The translations under genes were made by a program, and so were the position numbers. The notes under the pieces were generated by a model. It had not been told where the DNA came from. It saw only the letters and a program-made list of their open reading frames with translations, and made no database searches. Shown here piece by piece: positions 14,043-28,908 of a stretch of DNA of 64,000 nt (the first letter of the stretch is position 1; every line of letters begins with the position of its first letter). The DNA is taken from positions 292,954-356,953 of the forward strand of contig NMRA01000041.1 in NCBI GenBank assembly GCA_002633005.1. Direction: 5' to 3'. Source of the DNA: Phoronis australis. Lineage: Eukaryota; Animalia; Phoronida.

Positions 14043-17000
14043 ATGGGATGGTGGAAAGCATTGCTGAATGCTCTCATCTTAGCTCAAACAATTCTTCAAG
14101 CCAAATCAGCATCGGTTCTCAACTGGGAGTTTGCTGACAGAACTATACTGATGAGAAGTAAAGACCGGCCACGAAACCACACTAACATATCGGCCATGTT
14201 TGTGCCAGGACGAACTCAAACAATGCTTGAAGGAAGTTCCATGAATGTTCTGTTGTTTGTTGACTGGTCCGAGGTCAATACCATATTACCCAAGCACAAA
14301 CTCGAAATGGTTTCGGTAGACAACACAACAGTCGAGATTAAACAATGCAACACTACACAGTTGTCGCGGACTGACTTTGAAAACTTCACCAACACAAGTT
14401 ACACGCACTGGAATTATACCAGAGCGCAGAATGGTCAAGTGCGAGTTTACAACACCACAATCAAGGCCCAAATGGTGGGGCGGACAGCAGTGCTGGCAAA
14501 ATTGTTGCCACAAAAAACATATCCCAGTTATTATTATTACTACTTTTCCTATGCCGTGGCAGTACAAGAGATTGGTGTCGTTCGACCAGAGGGGCTGTCG
14601 TCCAAGTTGTTCCTAGCTATCATCACAGTCATGGCTATGATAAACGCTCTCGGTCGAGGGTACAAGACCAACTATGATCAGGTGCGGCATTTCTTGACCA
14701 ACCACCCCACCGCTGTGATAGTTGGCGTGTGTACCCAGGTGATACTCATGCCTTTGGTAAGTGAGAGGCTAACAGACAGACATTAGCACTGACATTATAC
14801 AGTACATACAACTGAGACACTTTTAAATATTGAATATGCGATTTCCACAAGTGCATTCAGTCTGGAAGGAATTATTTTTTAATATCTTAAGGGCATGTGG
14901 GACCTCGATATCAACAAGTTTGTGTATTCAGCCAATACAAAACTGTACATTTTAACTTGAGTAAAAGTATGCATTTTTTAGAAGACCAATACCTGTAGAT
15001 TTTTTATTTTATAGCAATCTGTCATGAATTTGGTCACATGACCATGTCTTTTTAGCAAATTTTAGCAAAAGAAACGGTACATTCATAGAAAAACAAAGGA
15101 CTATTAACATATCAAAATTTCATGAAACGCTCAAGATGAAATCTCAAGAATGCTGTTACAGTTTTCTACATTATACTTGTTTTTGTTTATTGCAACTTCT
15201 GTGCTTCTTTCACAGTCCTTAGCCCCTCGTGCAAAAGGGAACATTTTAAAAACAATTTCCTAACAATGTATATAAAGCATAGTACCTGACAGTTTCATGT
15301 GAATCGAATCGACCATTTCTGAGATATATGAAATTCTGAAGTTAGCCAAATTTGGAATTTTTTCTAAAGTTCCACATTTATAACCTTAACAGCATTAGAG
15401 CAAGTGCCTAGGTTAATAGTTCAAAGGGCCAATACAAGAAGCATGCAGTTCATAATGCAATTGTCTTCATTGTTATTTTATCACTAAAAGCTGCATGTTG
15501 GTCTGTTTAGCTGGCTAAGAAACGGAAATCGAATTTAGGGTTTTTACTCTCATAATACTGGTCTCACAAAACACCTTACAGGGATATATGGTTCAAATTG
15601 TGTTACCAATAACAATATGGAAATCATTAGTTTGTTGGCCTTGGCCAACCCTAAAGTTGCAATTCGAAATTGGCTCATGTATGAAAACATTGCCTACAAC
15701 TCAGTAATGAAAATGAAATCTCATCATGACAAGGAAGATTACGAGACTAGCCAGCTAAACAGGGCGAAACACAACTTTTGAATTTTCAGAATCGCTCTTG
15801 ATCAATGGTCTCTTTTGAGTTATTGATTCAAAGGGGAAATGGTCCCAAGGGTTATTAGCCTTAAGGTCTATTGGTCCGAAGGGTCAGTGGTCCGAAAGGA
15901 TGATTGTCTGAATTTGGAAAAGAACCAAGGTGATAAAAACACATGAATAAGATCGGGAAATTATTAATCTTCTAAACATTCTCGGCAAATCTGGTTGTGC
16001 TAGGTGTATTTGACTGTTTTACTTTAGACCCCATCCCCCGCTTTAATATCTGAAATATTCAAAAGTTTTTGTCTAAAAACCCACCCATGGAAATATAGGT
16101 GTTCTTTCAGAAACAAGCTCCTTTTAGAGTGCCACAAGCAAGATATTAGAATGATAATGATGAAAAGCTGCTTCTTTAACTCTATAATCAACACAATACC
16201 AAAATGAATAGTTAAAATCACGCCTTCATGCAGCGTTTGTCCTGGGGGTCCATTTGGACACCCTAGCACTAATCTGGACGCCCAATGTATCATTTGGATG
16301 CCCACTGTCAATCAGAATTTCTCCCTTTGAATACCCACATTGTAAAATCAGTAGGACTCCCAGCTAATGAAAGATGCGGATTGTTCAAGAGAGAAGTTGG
16401 CCCTTTTAAGTCAGGGAGAAATATACAATGTATATAAAATGTTGCGATATCAAAGTATTTTCAAAGTATGTAGAAGACCTGTCAATCACTGGCAGGGTTG
16501 ACAGTGTGTCTGTGCTTTCATTGGTCTTATATCTAACTGCAATTCAGGGATAGGACCTTGGTCAACTCCAAACTGGTGTTCCAGAGCTGTAGTTTCATGC
16601 TTTTCATGTTTTTTAAAAACATCAAAAATGAAATAAATGTCATCATTTTAATAATATGATGTACCACATGAATATCCCCCTTTAAAATGTTTGAGTTTGC
16701 GCCCGTTTCATGCTTTTCTATGTCCGTCGTGATATGGAGCAGCAGTGACACCTGTTGCCAAAATGTAAACCCCATATCATCTTTTCATTTTTCTGGTGTT
16801 GGTAACTGCAGCTTTGATGACTAATTGTACAGAATATAAAGCTAGTTAAGATGACATGATAAACTGAATAACAGCAATTTGACTTGAGATCACCAAAAAC
16901 TGCACTCATCGTTCAATCAATATCTGTAATATCAGTAATACCTGTTTGATATGCTATTTGAAAAAAATCAACTGATGTTTTAAGAACATTTTCATGACAT

Positions 17001-20000
17001 TCCTTCAGAAGTCTACATTTTGGAAATTCCTAATAGATGCTGGTTACGACTTTTTTCACTGGCTAGAAGCCATTTCCCAAATTTTCTCGTAAGTGCCATC
17101 TACTGGTGAGCACAACTGTACTTCCTACATACATAAACAAACCATACCTCAACAATTTCTTCTGCCTCTTTTAAATCAGCCATTGTTTATACTAAAACTA
17201 TATCTGGTCATTACAGAAAAAATGAAATCGATCAGAATAGAGATGAACGAGAAACAGAAAAAAATAGTAACAGTTATCGTACCTGGTCACATGTACCCGC
17301 AATTGTCTCGCAGAACAAGAGCCTACAATAGTGATGCATTGTGGGAGAAAAGAAGCAGGGAAACAGCTGTGTAATTTGTGTTTTCCAAGTCAGATTATGA
17401 AATTGAGCAATTTCATGTATTTTTTGTGGCGATTCATCATGTCAAAGCTGCATTTCTCAAAAGCTAGAAGACGCACCAAAAAGTATACACTTTTGGTACT
17501 TTAGTGATATTGCCATTTTCTGCTTTTCTGCAAGATTAAGTACTAGTATCTAATCATAACCACTCAGGGATTCTGATGTCAGAAACAGCCAACTTCACCC
17601 CGCTGCCCCACACGAAAGTCACAAAGGTGTGAAAATGGTTCATACAGAAGTGCCCACTATGTTACACAGGATTCCATAATAAAATATCCCAGTTGTTACC
17701 AACCAAATCATTTCCCATTAAACTCGTGTTAAATAACCCGCATAATGTCATGATTTATTGCCACCTTCTGGATATTCCAACCTGCTTATTAGCATGCATT
17801 CCTTTGCTTTCTTAACTAGAGAACTAAAAGCTATGATTTATCTTCAATTCTTTATCAGAAGTTGTCACTGGGGGTAAAAATCAGATGTTTCCTGTGTAAG
17901 CTGTCTTACTCTCAGACTCTCCACTTGCCATGAACAGCTTACAATTGCTGCCAAGTCGAAACCTGTTTTAATAGAATATTTTATGTTGGAACCGAAGATA
18001 TGCATTTAAAGGGGGGGAGGGGTGTAAACAGTAAACAAGTGAACCCTAAGAGTCATCACTTTTTGGAGTGTCAGCCCTTTGGCATAGTTGGCCTCCAAGA
18101 AATTCATTTTGAATATTGGCTTTCAGACTAGTGGCCCTTTGGACTAGTGAATTTTGAATTACAAGTCTTTCAGAATATTAGCCCTTTGGCCAAATGGGAC
18201 TGGTTACACTAGGATCACAATTCCGTAACTTTGAGAGTATTGACCATGCAGTTATTCTCATTTCAAGGAGCATTCTATAATGCTTCATCCTGTCTTGCAA
18301 AAATAGATTTGAAGTGGTTAAAATAACCAATTTCTTATCAAAAACACCAGAAAAACAATTCTACCAGTAGATCAGCTGTCACATAAGAACACCCGCAAAC
18401 ACCATGTGACGATACTTTATCTGATATCGAGTTACGAGCATTTATTGGTCGATACCTACACCCTAAAATCGGGACAACCAATCACAGTCATCCTCCATTG
18501 TGTTTAGTATGAAATGTTGTCAGCTGTTACTGCTCGTTTTTTGTTTTAAATTATACTATAATGATGAATGGCGAGGCGTTGTATTTGTAGTGGTAGTTAC
18601 AAGTTAGTATTTGACCATGCTGTGCTCTATTCTCTTTCTCACTGGACATAGGAGAACAACTTTGGGTATGGCACAAGTTTGTACAAGAAACTCGCCTGTT
18701 GGTGGACATGACACTCTGGTGCTGGATATGTTCATACATCAGTCATGTCCGTGGAGCAAAGAACCTTTCAACTGAAGTTGTTTTTCATCTATTCCTCCAT
18801 TTTTGGGATATTGAATTCATGATTAAGATGTGCAGTGCCATAAATGAAGGTTTAATGATGCTAACAATGTAGTCACTTGTCAAAACAAGGTAAATGGAGG
18901 TTTTAAGCACTTTAAAAATGAATGTAACAAAACCGCAACACCATTTAAACAACTAGTTTGCTTTACACAGAAGAAAACCTTAAGTGCTTAAAGGAGCATG
19001 CCACCAAAAAAACAACCTAATTTCTATCAATTTAGATCGAGTAGTTCTACTCCATAACGACAAGTGCGGTTGCGTTACCTGACACCTGACGGCAGACGGA
19101 GGTGTTGAAATTATCCAATTACGTCATCGGTTTCACACGCATTCTGTACAGCAGTTCACAACAGGGGTTACTGGTGTTAGCTTATCGCTTGGAATCATCG
19201 TTTGGCACCAATAAATCATCAAACTTCGATGTAAAACCCTTAAAAATATACGGAGTTCTTACAAAAACGTGTTGTTTTATTTCGCTCTTACGGATTTATT
19301 GGTATTTGGACACAGCGTAGCCTACAAAGTTCGCCAGGCCAATAACAGGACCGTAGCAGGAGTTTGGGATGTGTTCGGAGATAATTTCGAAGTATTTTCC
19401 GTGAGATACAGACAGGAGAAACTAGATCTGTGTTGTTTAGACTTGTGATTTTCTGAGTTCTAAACACAAAACGCTTGTTATCCTGGCCAGTGGCTCGGAG
19501 CCCGATCAGGCCCGTCGCGGCCGGCCGGATTGACTCGTTATCCCGGCCAGTGGCTCGGAAACTGATCAGACATCACGAACAAACCAGCCAAAGTTCAGTG
19601 GAAACTAAACTTCCAGTCAAGAAAATACTATACTAGTGAGCCAAAGTAATGTGCACGTGATTATGTTGATGAATTAGCCACGAAACTGTTGCTCGTGGCC
19701 GGCGGCCGCGAATTCAGTTCCGCTTCGGCCACAGCACCATCAGGGCAGAAGTTGTGCATTAACAATCATTATTTGAGTAATGTAAAAGGAAATAAAGATT
19801 CCCCCAACACCTGGCCGTGGGATGGAAATCGAGTTGTTTCAAAACAGTTTCTGCCAGAAAACACTAAATTAGCATGAGCTCACACGTCCTCGCAGTGTCC
19901 CGTCAATTAGTTTTATTGCACCTAAAGCCGGTAACGCAGTGATTTATTCATTGCTGGCTTCTTAAATCATTTCGTGCACTCACGAACACTCCAAAGGCAT

Positions 20001-23000
20001 TACAAATTGCATCTAATGAGACAGACTTTGCTTCAGTTTTATATAAGTATTGGTTTGGGTGAGAATAATTCATTTTGAAACAGAACGGTAAGTAATAAAC
20101 GCCAACATGGCAACTCACAATCCCGACTTAGGATGAGCTAGAGCGGCTTATCAATCCCGACTTTGCAGGTGGATCGTTAAGTTTTACAGGCTATCAATTC
20201 GAACAGGAATACAGTTCGGACAAGCGGGAACGATACACTGCAACATAGCGACATTCACTCTTCATATGAACCACTGACGTCGCTAGTGTCGTTTCTCATC
20301 TTCCTCACAGGTTAACGACCTCTTGGCAAGATAAGGTCGACCGTACGCGAGGCGATGTAGAAATAGACCGATTAAGACAGCAAAAAAGACTAATTAAATC
20401 GGGTGGCATTCGCCTTTAAACGTAACAGACATTGGCCATTCTCATGTTTCAAAACTTTTAGATTTTGCATTTGAAGTTCCATTTTAGAGTTAAGAACCTA
20501 AATTGTATTTACATTTTTTTGAAAATGCATCAGTACAAATTCGCAAATAGTCTCATGCCGTTTTTTTGGTCAATTCAATAAGTATCAGATTCAAAGCAAT
20601 AGGCATGCATTTCGTGAATATTTTGAACATACATCACAGTTGTGACAAAACTGAACCATCACCAGTGAGCTGAAGATAGTGTAGAAATGACACTAAACAA
20701 GCCAAAAAATAACTGGCATGCTTTTCAAGGGTTTAAAATGACGGAGTCGGTTTTACGACTTTTTGTAGGGAAGGAAAGACTCCTTGAAGTTGTTCACTTT
20801 GACCGAGACCTATAAACTAAAAAAATCGGTTGTGATTTCATTACAGGTTACAGATTCCTGACGAAGCCAGTAACCTTGTCAATTAAATATGCTAAAAATC
20901 TTATGGTATTTTAAGCAATGGTTTTACTATGTTAGCAAGGCTGTAACCACTGAGGATGCGGGTTCAAATCCTTATTGGGCTGATCCCAAGAACATAAAAA
21001 TTGTCGCCGGTTAGGTCATTTGAAAAAAATCTAGAATTCGGCAATTAAGCTAAAATTACACGGTTTTATGGTAACAGAATATAAGTTCCAATACTACCTG
21101 GTGAATATCAAGTCATGCATCGTCTAAACTACAATGAGTAAATGGAACAAATGCATATTTAAGGTTATGTACATGCAGGACCTTAGAAAAATGTCCAAAT
21201 TTGGTTCATTTTGGAACACCATATCTTTGAAATGACTCATCGGATTCATATTGAACTATCAGTTTTGTTTTTTTTCACTGTTCTCTAAAGCGCTGTTAAG
21301 AACTGTTTTTAAAAAGTTTTGCTTTTGCAGGAGGGGCTATCAACATTGAAGATTTTTCTAATTTACTGCACGCTGTATTACAACATTTTAGATTTCCTTC
21401 ACCATCTGTAACATATTCGAGGATCAGTACCACAGTTTCAAGCTCGGTCTACTGATCTTGGCCAACACCCCCGGCAGTTCGCTAGGGCGGTTCTTCCTCT
21501 CACACATTGATGCAGATATCACCCTCCACGCAGCCATCAACATGGTGTCAGGAATCGTTGTGTTTGGTAGGTATCACTGACCATGTTAACATAGTTCTGT
21601 CATGACGAAGAGCAACTGCAGGTTTCCTGCTCAACATTGTCACATTTTTAAAGTCATTACATACCATCTAGGAACTCCATCTAGTGTCTGGTCATGGAAC
21701 TAGCCTATTTTCAGCCAGCCCAATTGTTTTCAGCACCACAAATGATGAACCTACTTATTAAGTTAATTTTTTCAGTGATAGACTTTAGTTTGCAGTGTTT
21801 TTCACAACCTGTTTTGACTCATCGCTGCGTTGAGTTTTGAATTTTGCTGTGGCTGAGTTTTATCTTAGTTACTTGTGTGGAACTTGAAAATCTATACAAC
21901 ATTTCATGTTTTGGGATTTTCGTCATTTATTAAGCAACTTAGGGCGATTTGAACTTCTGGTACCAATTCAATGCATTTATTCCAAGACTTAACCCATAAA
22001 CTCCCCAGAGTATACACAAGGGGCCCATTCCAAGGAAACTGACTTAGCTAAGACAAATCTTAAATTTAAGTCAATCTTAAGATATGTCTGAAGTCCGTTC
22101 CAAGAAAGTAACCTTAATTAAGTTTGACTAAAGCTTATTTGACTTAATTTTTGTCCAAAGTTCGACTATCTTACCAGATGTGGAAGTTTCGAATTTTGGA
22201 AGTTGAGACAAATCTTAGACTTAAATAAAAAATGAGCTTAAGTTCATTTCTTCCGACCCATGGATTTTTGAAAACGAACACGAATTTTATAATGACAACT
22301 GAGTTTGAATTTCCCATTGTAGAGAACACTGGTCTGTCAACACAAATATCAACAAATTGTCAGAACTTCCCAGACCGGAATTTAAACACAAATAGGCAAC
22401 TATTATATAATAGTCACCACAGAGTCCCAGCTCAAGTAAACCTCACTTACCCACAATCATAAACCCCCCATGCTAATCCATAACTCTTTATACACCATTA
22501 GGTACAGCACCAGGTTGGATTCTGTTATTTGGCAGATACTACAGCTATGAGGAAAACGTGCTAGAGTTTGTTCAATACCTTGTGCTGGGCCAAGTCATCA
22601 ACATGGCCATATACTTTGTTGGTGTAGGCCTCAACCAGATAACCAACGAGAAGATCAACAAGGTACTCAAGATCTCAATACTAATCACACAGATCACTTT
22701 CGTCATCGCATTCCTCAGTTTTGGTTTATACTGTAATCACTTCTGGTTTGAGCCGTCCCGCAGCATGATCTATGCCGCCGCGTTCTTGCAGTCACACCTC
22801 GCGCAGCTTATCGGCATATCAGTGGCGGTCATATTTAAGCAGCCCATCTGCCGCATCAAGACCATCTCCTTGGATACGGGCATGCATAACAGTATGCTCG
22901 CCATGACGATGATGCATTGGTTCTTACCACAACCAGAGGCTGACCTAAGCTCCATGATGGCATTTGCAAAGCTGGTGACAACCAATATATTTCCACTGCT

Positions 23001-23196
23001 GTATGTACTCTACTATAAATGTTGTACATGGAGACTACACTGGCGGAAACAGGTGGGTCTTCAGAGACTGAAACAACAGGATCATCATGGCCAGGATCAG
23101 CTTAGATCTTGGATCGACCGGCGGATGAGTATACGATCCTTACGAATGACGAAAAGATGTCCGCTGAAGGTGTCAGAGTATGAATCCAGTCTATAG
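14043..23196 (+). CDS. SLC10-family gene 2 with N-terminal signal peptide and extracellular extension (SLC10A3/A5/P3-like architecture), ~527 aa
   Basis: Exons 14043-14756 (phase 0, TTG|gtaagt), 21392-21566 (ttttag|ISFTICNIF...LGLLILANTPGSSLG...G|gtaggt) and 22502-23196 (cattag|GT ACA..TAG) total 1584 nt and join in frame. Motifs: PTAVIVGVCTQVILMPL, KTISLDTGMHNSMLA, PQPEADL. Many N-x-S/T sites in the N-terminal region. Confidence 0.88.
14891..15386. mobile_element. Old TTAA-flanked non-autonomous element (Kolobok-like); related fragments at ~400-650 and ~21160-21300
   Basis: TTAA|GGGCATGTGGGACCT ... GTTCCACATTTATAACC|TTAA. An internal block (CATxTGAATCxxATCxxCCATTTCTGA) recurs near 560-590 and in inverted form near 21230-21250. 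Confidence 0.45.
18992..20415. mobile_element. Non-autonomous Kolobok-type DNA transposon, copy 2 (in SLC10 gene 2 intron 1)
   Basis: TTAA at 18988-18991 and 20416-20419. Termini AGGAGCATGCCACC...GGGTGGCATTCGCCT. Co-linear with copy 1 apart from indels. Confidence 0.8.
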
Positions 23197-23322
23197 CAAA
23201 AATGAATGAGATCACGTATCAACTCCGAAATTCCATGTCTTAAATTGGGTTGTTTACGTATATACACGGTGTCAGTAATTTAGCTTGAAATATCCATGGT
23301 AACAATTCCTCAGTTGCCAGAT

Positions 23323-26300
23323 CTGTGTTTAATATGAAATTCATCATTTTTACCACAATGATTGTTTCAAAAATCTCGCCATTGAATTGTCCCCTTTCAT
23401 GTTTAAGGTATTATAACACTGTGTCTTCCTAAAACTGCTTTGAGGTGGTGATGTGATAACATCATTTTCTAAAATCTTTTGGTCAATTTAAACCAACTTC
23501 TAGCCTATTTATATCAGCACGACGTATTGGTTACCTATTTCTTTGACCATCTTAAGGTGTTACAGTGTTCTAAGACAATCACGGGTGTATTATACGCTCA
23601 TAATGGTCAATGACGAGCAATTTTTTTCTTGTGCCAATGATGAGCACTTTTTCCTTCTCTTGTGTCAATGTTAATAGCCTAGAAGTTGGTGAAAATAGAC
23701 CAAAAGATTTTAGAAATGATTATTTTAATACTGTTGTGAATACCCACTACTAATTGAAGCATTTTCTGATGGTAGCTAATTATACAGCACTTGGTAAAGC
23801 ACTTGGTACATATCTTTTATGACAAAATGAGAAAATAAAACCTCCCTAGTAGGCTCACAATGTGTTTTTTTATCCAGATTTTACAGCAGATACCTCATGT
23901 TTGAGGGTGAGAGACCTGATGGTAAAAATACTTCACTTTAAGTTATTTTTTCAAAATGAGACATTGAAAATGATCTTAACTCGTAAAACTTAACAAACAT
24001 TGATAAAGAATATTTTCTGACTTGTGTATTGCCGTGACTTAATGACATTAAATAACATCTCTTCAGTCCCAAATTTTCATCAGATCCCAAGATTTGAATT
24101 AACTCTTAAGTTAAGGAAAATAAATATAATTCTCAGTGTTTGAAATTAAAGAGCAGAGCCTTAAATGCCTACATTTTGAGGCTGGATATTTGCCTCCTTC
24201 CCTTTGAAAACATTTGAAGGCAATGAGAACTTCACACCAGTTACAAAATTCCCCGAGATGACAAAAAATTCTCCTTGCGTTAAAGAAAATGAACCGGGAG
24301 GACGGTCACATTAACATTTTAAATGTTAAGTCCCTAACATTAGTCAGTCTAAAGGTCCTTTCCCATACAGTTAACTTTGCTACAATTAAAGCTCCTTGTT
24401 AACCAAAGTCAAGACCGAAGTTAAAAGGGACGAGTATTTTATTCCAAATAAATTTTGCATATGGTTGTTTTCTACGAGTTGTTGATTAATTTCACTGACA
24501 ATTCAATAGCAAAAAGTAAGCTTATAATTTTTAACATAACTCATAAAATTGGTTCAAATAGTTCCATAATCACCCACTTGGAGCACTGATTCTCGTGACG
24601 TAATTAGTCACCTCGTCGTGAAACTTATATCAAAATGTAGAGCTAACAACTGGCGGGGGTGCATGCAAAATCTGGTAGTCAACCAACACTCACCTTGTTT
24701 GTTGAAGCTGTTTATTGGTGAAAATCAAATCAACCTCATTTTTTGCATAATTCTCTGCCTTTTGTAACACAGAAAAGTATATTGTTTTGAAAACAGTATG
24801 CTTGTAACATGTGCACACGACATTTCCTAAAATTTTGCAACATCTCTTGGGAAATGATGACAGCTTCGAAGTAGCAAAGTTTGTTCTAAAATTCGTCTTG
24901 CTGGTATCAAAGTAGTAAAAACTTGTAACAAAATGAAACCACTTCCGATAATTTGTTGTGACATGTACGCAACCTCGTGGTAGCAAAGAGCAGTTCATAG
25001 AAGAATCGGGTAAAAAGGAACTGGTCAAGGTGACGCAATTGCCAAAAGCTGACACAAAAGAACACACCATAATTTAAGCAGCAGAATAACGGCAGAACGC
25101 CAATTTTCCAAAACGGTAAATACTAGTAAGTTAGTGTACTCAAGGAAGGGAGTAGTTTATAATGACACTAATTTTGAGTCAGATTTTTTTTCTCACATCG
25201 TTGCAAAGCGGCTGTACATTTAGTACACAACTTTGCACCAAAGCTAGGGCAACCAATGGTATGCAATGCTCCTCCCCTTAGAAGACACTTTTTTGAAAAG
25301 TTCGAACAACCAGGTGCCATACAAAAAGGCATGGCAAACCTTTTACAACACTGTGGCAAAGAGCAAATAACGAGAACGACTGATACAATGATAAACAGGT
25401 AAATAAAACAACAAGAATGGGTCGACTGAAATTTTCGGATGTAATAACGTCCTTTGTCAACAGAAACAGAAATAAAGTAAAATCAAACACTATATGACAA
25501 TCGACATTTACTTTATTTCAGTTTCTGTTGACAAAGGACGTTAGTAGTATAGTAAGTCATTTAGACGACACGTTTTGCGGCTCCTCGGTCAAAGGTCATC
25601 TATGTGAAAGGAGGTCACGTGGGATAACTGCGATCGGACACCTACCGGACGGATGTGTCAATGACGTCATGACGTAATAGGTTTAATTGGTTAGACACCT
25701 CGTTTTGCGGCTACTAGCAACGAATTGAAACAAAAGAGGGATGATAGCAAAACGTGGATTACCTTAGTTCGTGTGCCTGTCGTTGTATATTGTGTGTTCT
25801 GTCTCATCAAAAACAAAAGGCAAAAGGCGATAACCACCCAACCCAACAACAGATGTCGTGTAAAGTCTAACCCAGGCCCCGACGGTACTGAGCAAATCGT
25901 ACTAATAATAATAAGAAGCAATCAGCTAACGCAGAACATAAAACCGATAGCGTTTAAACGTGTATTAATGACAAACCAACACTACAAATATCATACAAAT
26001 ATAAAAGCATCAAAACGTTCAGAGAAGTAGTCTATAGCAAATTTATCTTGCAGGTAGTTATAGTGTTGGAAATAGGCTGACCAACTAAGAGAAAAAAGAA
26101 ACTTTTCAGGTTTAACCGAGTATTACTAACGGCATACAAAATTGAATAAAGACGGATGAATGCGAAGTGTGACGTCAAGTTTTCGTTCACAAATATAAAC
26201 AAAGCAACCTCTGAGCTTTGAAAAATCTTACATAATCATCGTGTAAAGTTTGGGCTGACACAAACACGTGTGGGCATACACGCGTCGCAAATAAATGATT

Positions 26301-28908
26301 GTCTTTATGTTATTAGGTGCTACGCAAAGTAAGTTTATAAAAAGACCTCGGTAAGATAAGTAAACCGAAGAGACGACTGATTATGCAAACTATTCTGAGA
26401 TCAAAGTTTGCGAGTTAGTGGTGAGTTATCATTTGCTTCTCTTAGCCAGACTTTCAAGTTTCGTTTCGCGTACGTAGTATCCAGCCTTTCGTTGTTTTTG
26501 ACCAACCGTCTANNNNNNNNNNNNNNNNNNNNNNNNNNNNNNNNNNNNNNNNNNNNNNNNNNNNNNNNNNNNNNNNNNNNNNNNNNNNNNNNNNNNNNNN
26601 NNNNNNNNNNNNNNNNNNNNNNNNNNNNNNNNNNNNNNNNNNNNNNNNNNNNNNNNNNNNNNNNNNNNNNNNNNNNNNNNNNNNNNNNNNNNNNNNNNNN
26701 NNNNNNNNNNNNNNNNNNNNNNNNNNNNNNNNNNNNNNNNNNNNNNNNNNNNNNNNNNNNNNNNNNNNNNNCTGTGTTTAATATGAAATTCATCATTTTT
26801 ACCACAATGATTGTTTCAAAAATCTCGCCATTGAATTGTCCCCTTTCATGTTTAAGGTATTATAACACTGTGTCTTCCTAAAACTGCTTTGAGGTGGTGA
26901 TGTGATAACATCATTTTCTAAAATCTTTTGGTCAATTTAAACCAACTTCTAGCCTATTTATATCGGCACGACGTATTGGTTACCTATTTCTTTGGCCATC
27001 TTAAGGCGTTACAGTGTTCTAAGACAATCACGGATGTATGATACGCTCATAATGGTCAATGACCAGCAATTTTTTTTCTTGTGCCAATGATGAGCACTTT
27101 TTCCTTCTCTTGTGTTAATGTAAATAGTCTAGAAGTTGGTGAAAATAGATCAAAAGATTTTAGAAATGAATATTTTAATACTGTTGTGAATACCCACCAC
27201 TAACTGAAACATTTTCTGATGGTAGCTAATTATACAGCACTTGGTAAAGCACTTGGTACATATCTTTTATGACAAAATGAGAAAATAAAACCTCCATAGT
27301 AGACCCACAATGTGTCTTTGATTGGCCAGATTTTACAGCAGATATCTCGTGTTTGAGGGTGAGAGACCTGATGGTAAAAATACTTCACTTTACGTTATTT
27401 TTTCAATTTGAGACATTGAAAATGATCGTAACTCGTAAAACTTAACAAATATTGATAAAGAATATTTTCTGACTCGCGTATTGCCGTGACTTAATGACAT
27501 TAAATAACATCTCTTCAGTCCCAAATTTTCATCAGATCCCAAGATTTGAATTAATATAATTTTCAATGTTTGAAATTAAAGAGCAGAGCCTTAAATGCCT
27601 ACATTTTGAGGCTGAGTATTTGCCTCCTCCCCTTTGAAAACATTTGAAAGCAATGACAACTTCACACCAGTTACAAAATTCCTAGATGACAAAAAATTCT
27701 CCTTGCGTTAAAGAAACTGAACCGGGACGACAGTCACATTAACATTTTAAATGTTAAGTCCCTAACATTACTCAGTCTAAAGGTCCTTTCCCATACAGTT
27801 AACTTTGCTACAATTAAAGCTCCGTGTTAACCAAAGTCAAGACCGAAGTTAAAAGGGACGAGTATTTCATTCCGAATAAATTTTGCATATGATTGTTTTC
27901 TATGAGTTGTTGGTTAATTTCACTGATAATTCAATAGCAAAAAGTAAACTTATAATTTTCAACGTAACTCAAAAATTGGTTCAAATAGTTCCGTAATCAC
28001 CCACTTGGAACACTGATTCTCGTGACGTAATTGGTCATTGCACAACCAACACTCACCTTGTTTGTTGAAGCTGTTTAAGTGAAAATCAAATAAACCTCAT
28101 TTTTTGCATAATTCTCTGCCTTTTGTAACACAGAAAAGTATATCGTTTTTTGAAAACAGTACGCTTGTGACATGCGCACGCGACATTTCCTAAAATTTTA
28201 AAACATCTCTTGGGAAATGATGACAGCTTCGAAGTAGCAAAGTTTGTTCTAAAATTCGTCTTGCTGGTATTAAAGTAGTAAAAACTTGTAACAAAATGAA
28301 ACCACTTCCGATAATTTGTTGTGACATGTACGCAACCTCGTGGTAGCAAAGAGCAGTTCATAGAAGAATCGGGTAAAAAGGAACTGGTCAAGGTGACGCA
28401 ATTGCCGAAAGCTGACACAAAAGAACACACCACAATTTAAGCAGCAGAATAACGGCAGAACGCCAATTTTCCAAAACGGTAAATACTAGTAAGTTATTGT
28501 ACTCAAGGAAGAGAGTAGTTTATAATGACACTAATTTTGTGTCAGATTTTATTACTCAAATCGTTGCAAAGCGGCTGTACATTTAGTACACAACTTTGCA
28601 CCAAAGCTAGGGCAACCAATGGTATGCAATGCTCCTCCCCTTAGAAGACACCTTTTTTGAAAAGTTCGAACAACCAGGTGCCATACAAAAAGGCATGGCA
28701 AACCTTTTACAACACTGTGGCAAAGAGCAAATAACAAGAACGACTGATACAATGATAAACAGGTAAATAAAACAACCAGAATGGATCGACTGAAATTTTC
28801 AGATGTAATAACGTCCTTTGTCAACAGAAACAGAAATAAAGTAAAATCAAACACTATATGACAATTGACATTTACTTTATTTCTGTTTCTGTTGACAAAG
28901 GACGTTAT
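23323..28908 (+). repeat. ~2.2-kb direct duplication (23323-25542 and 26772-28908) straddling an assembly gap
   Basis: The second copy starts immediately after the N run 26513-26771. The copies differ by scattered substitutions and indels; probably uncollapsed haplotypes. Confidence 0.85.
28608..28697 (-). pseudogene. THAP-domain N-terminus relic (transposase-type); second copy near 25243-25332
   Basis: Reads MPFCMAPGCSNFSKKVSSKGRSIAYHWLP*, matching the THAP start M-x-x-C-x-A-x-G-C-x-N...H-x-[F/L]-P, then stops. Confidence 0.55.
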
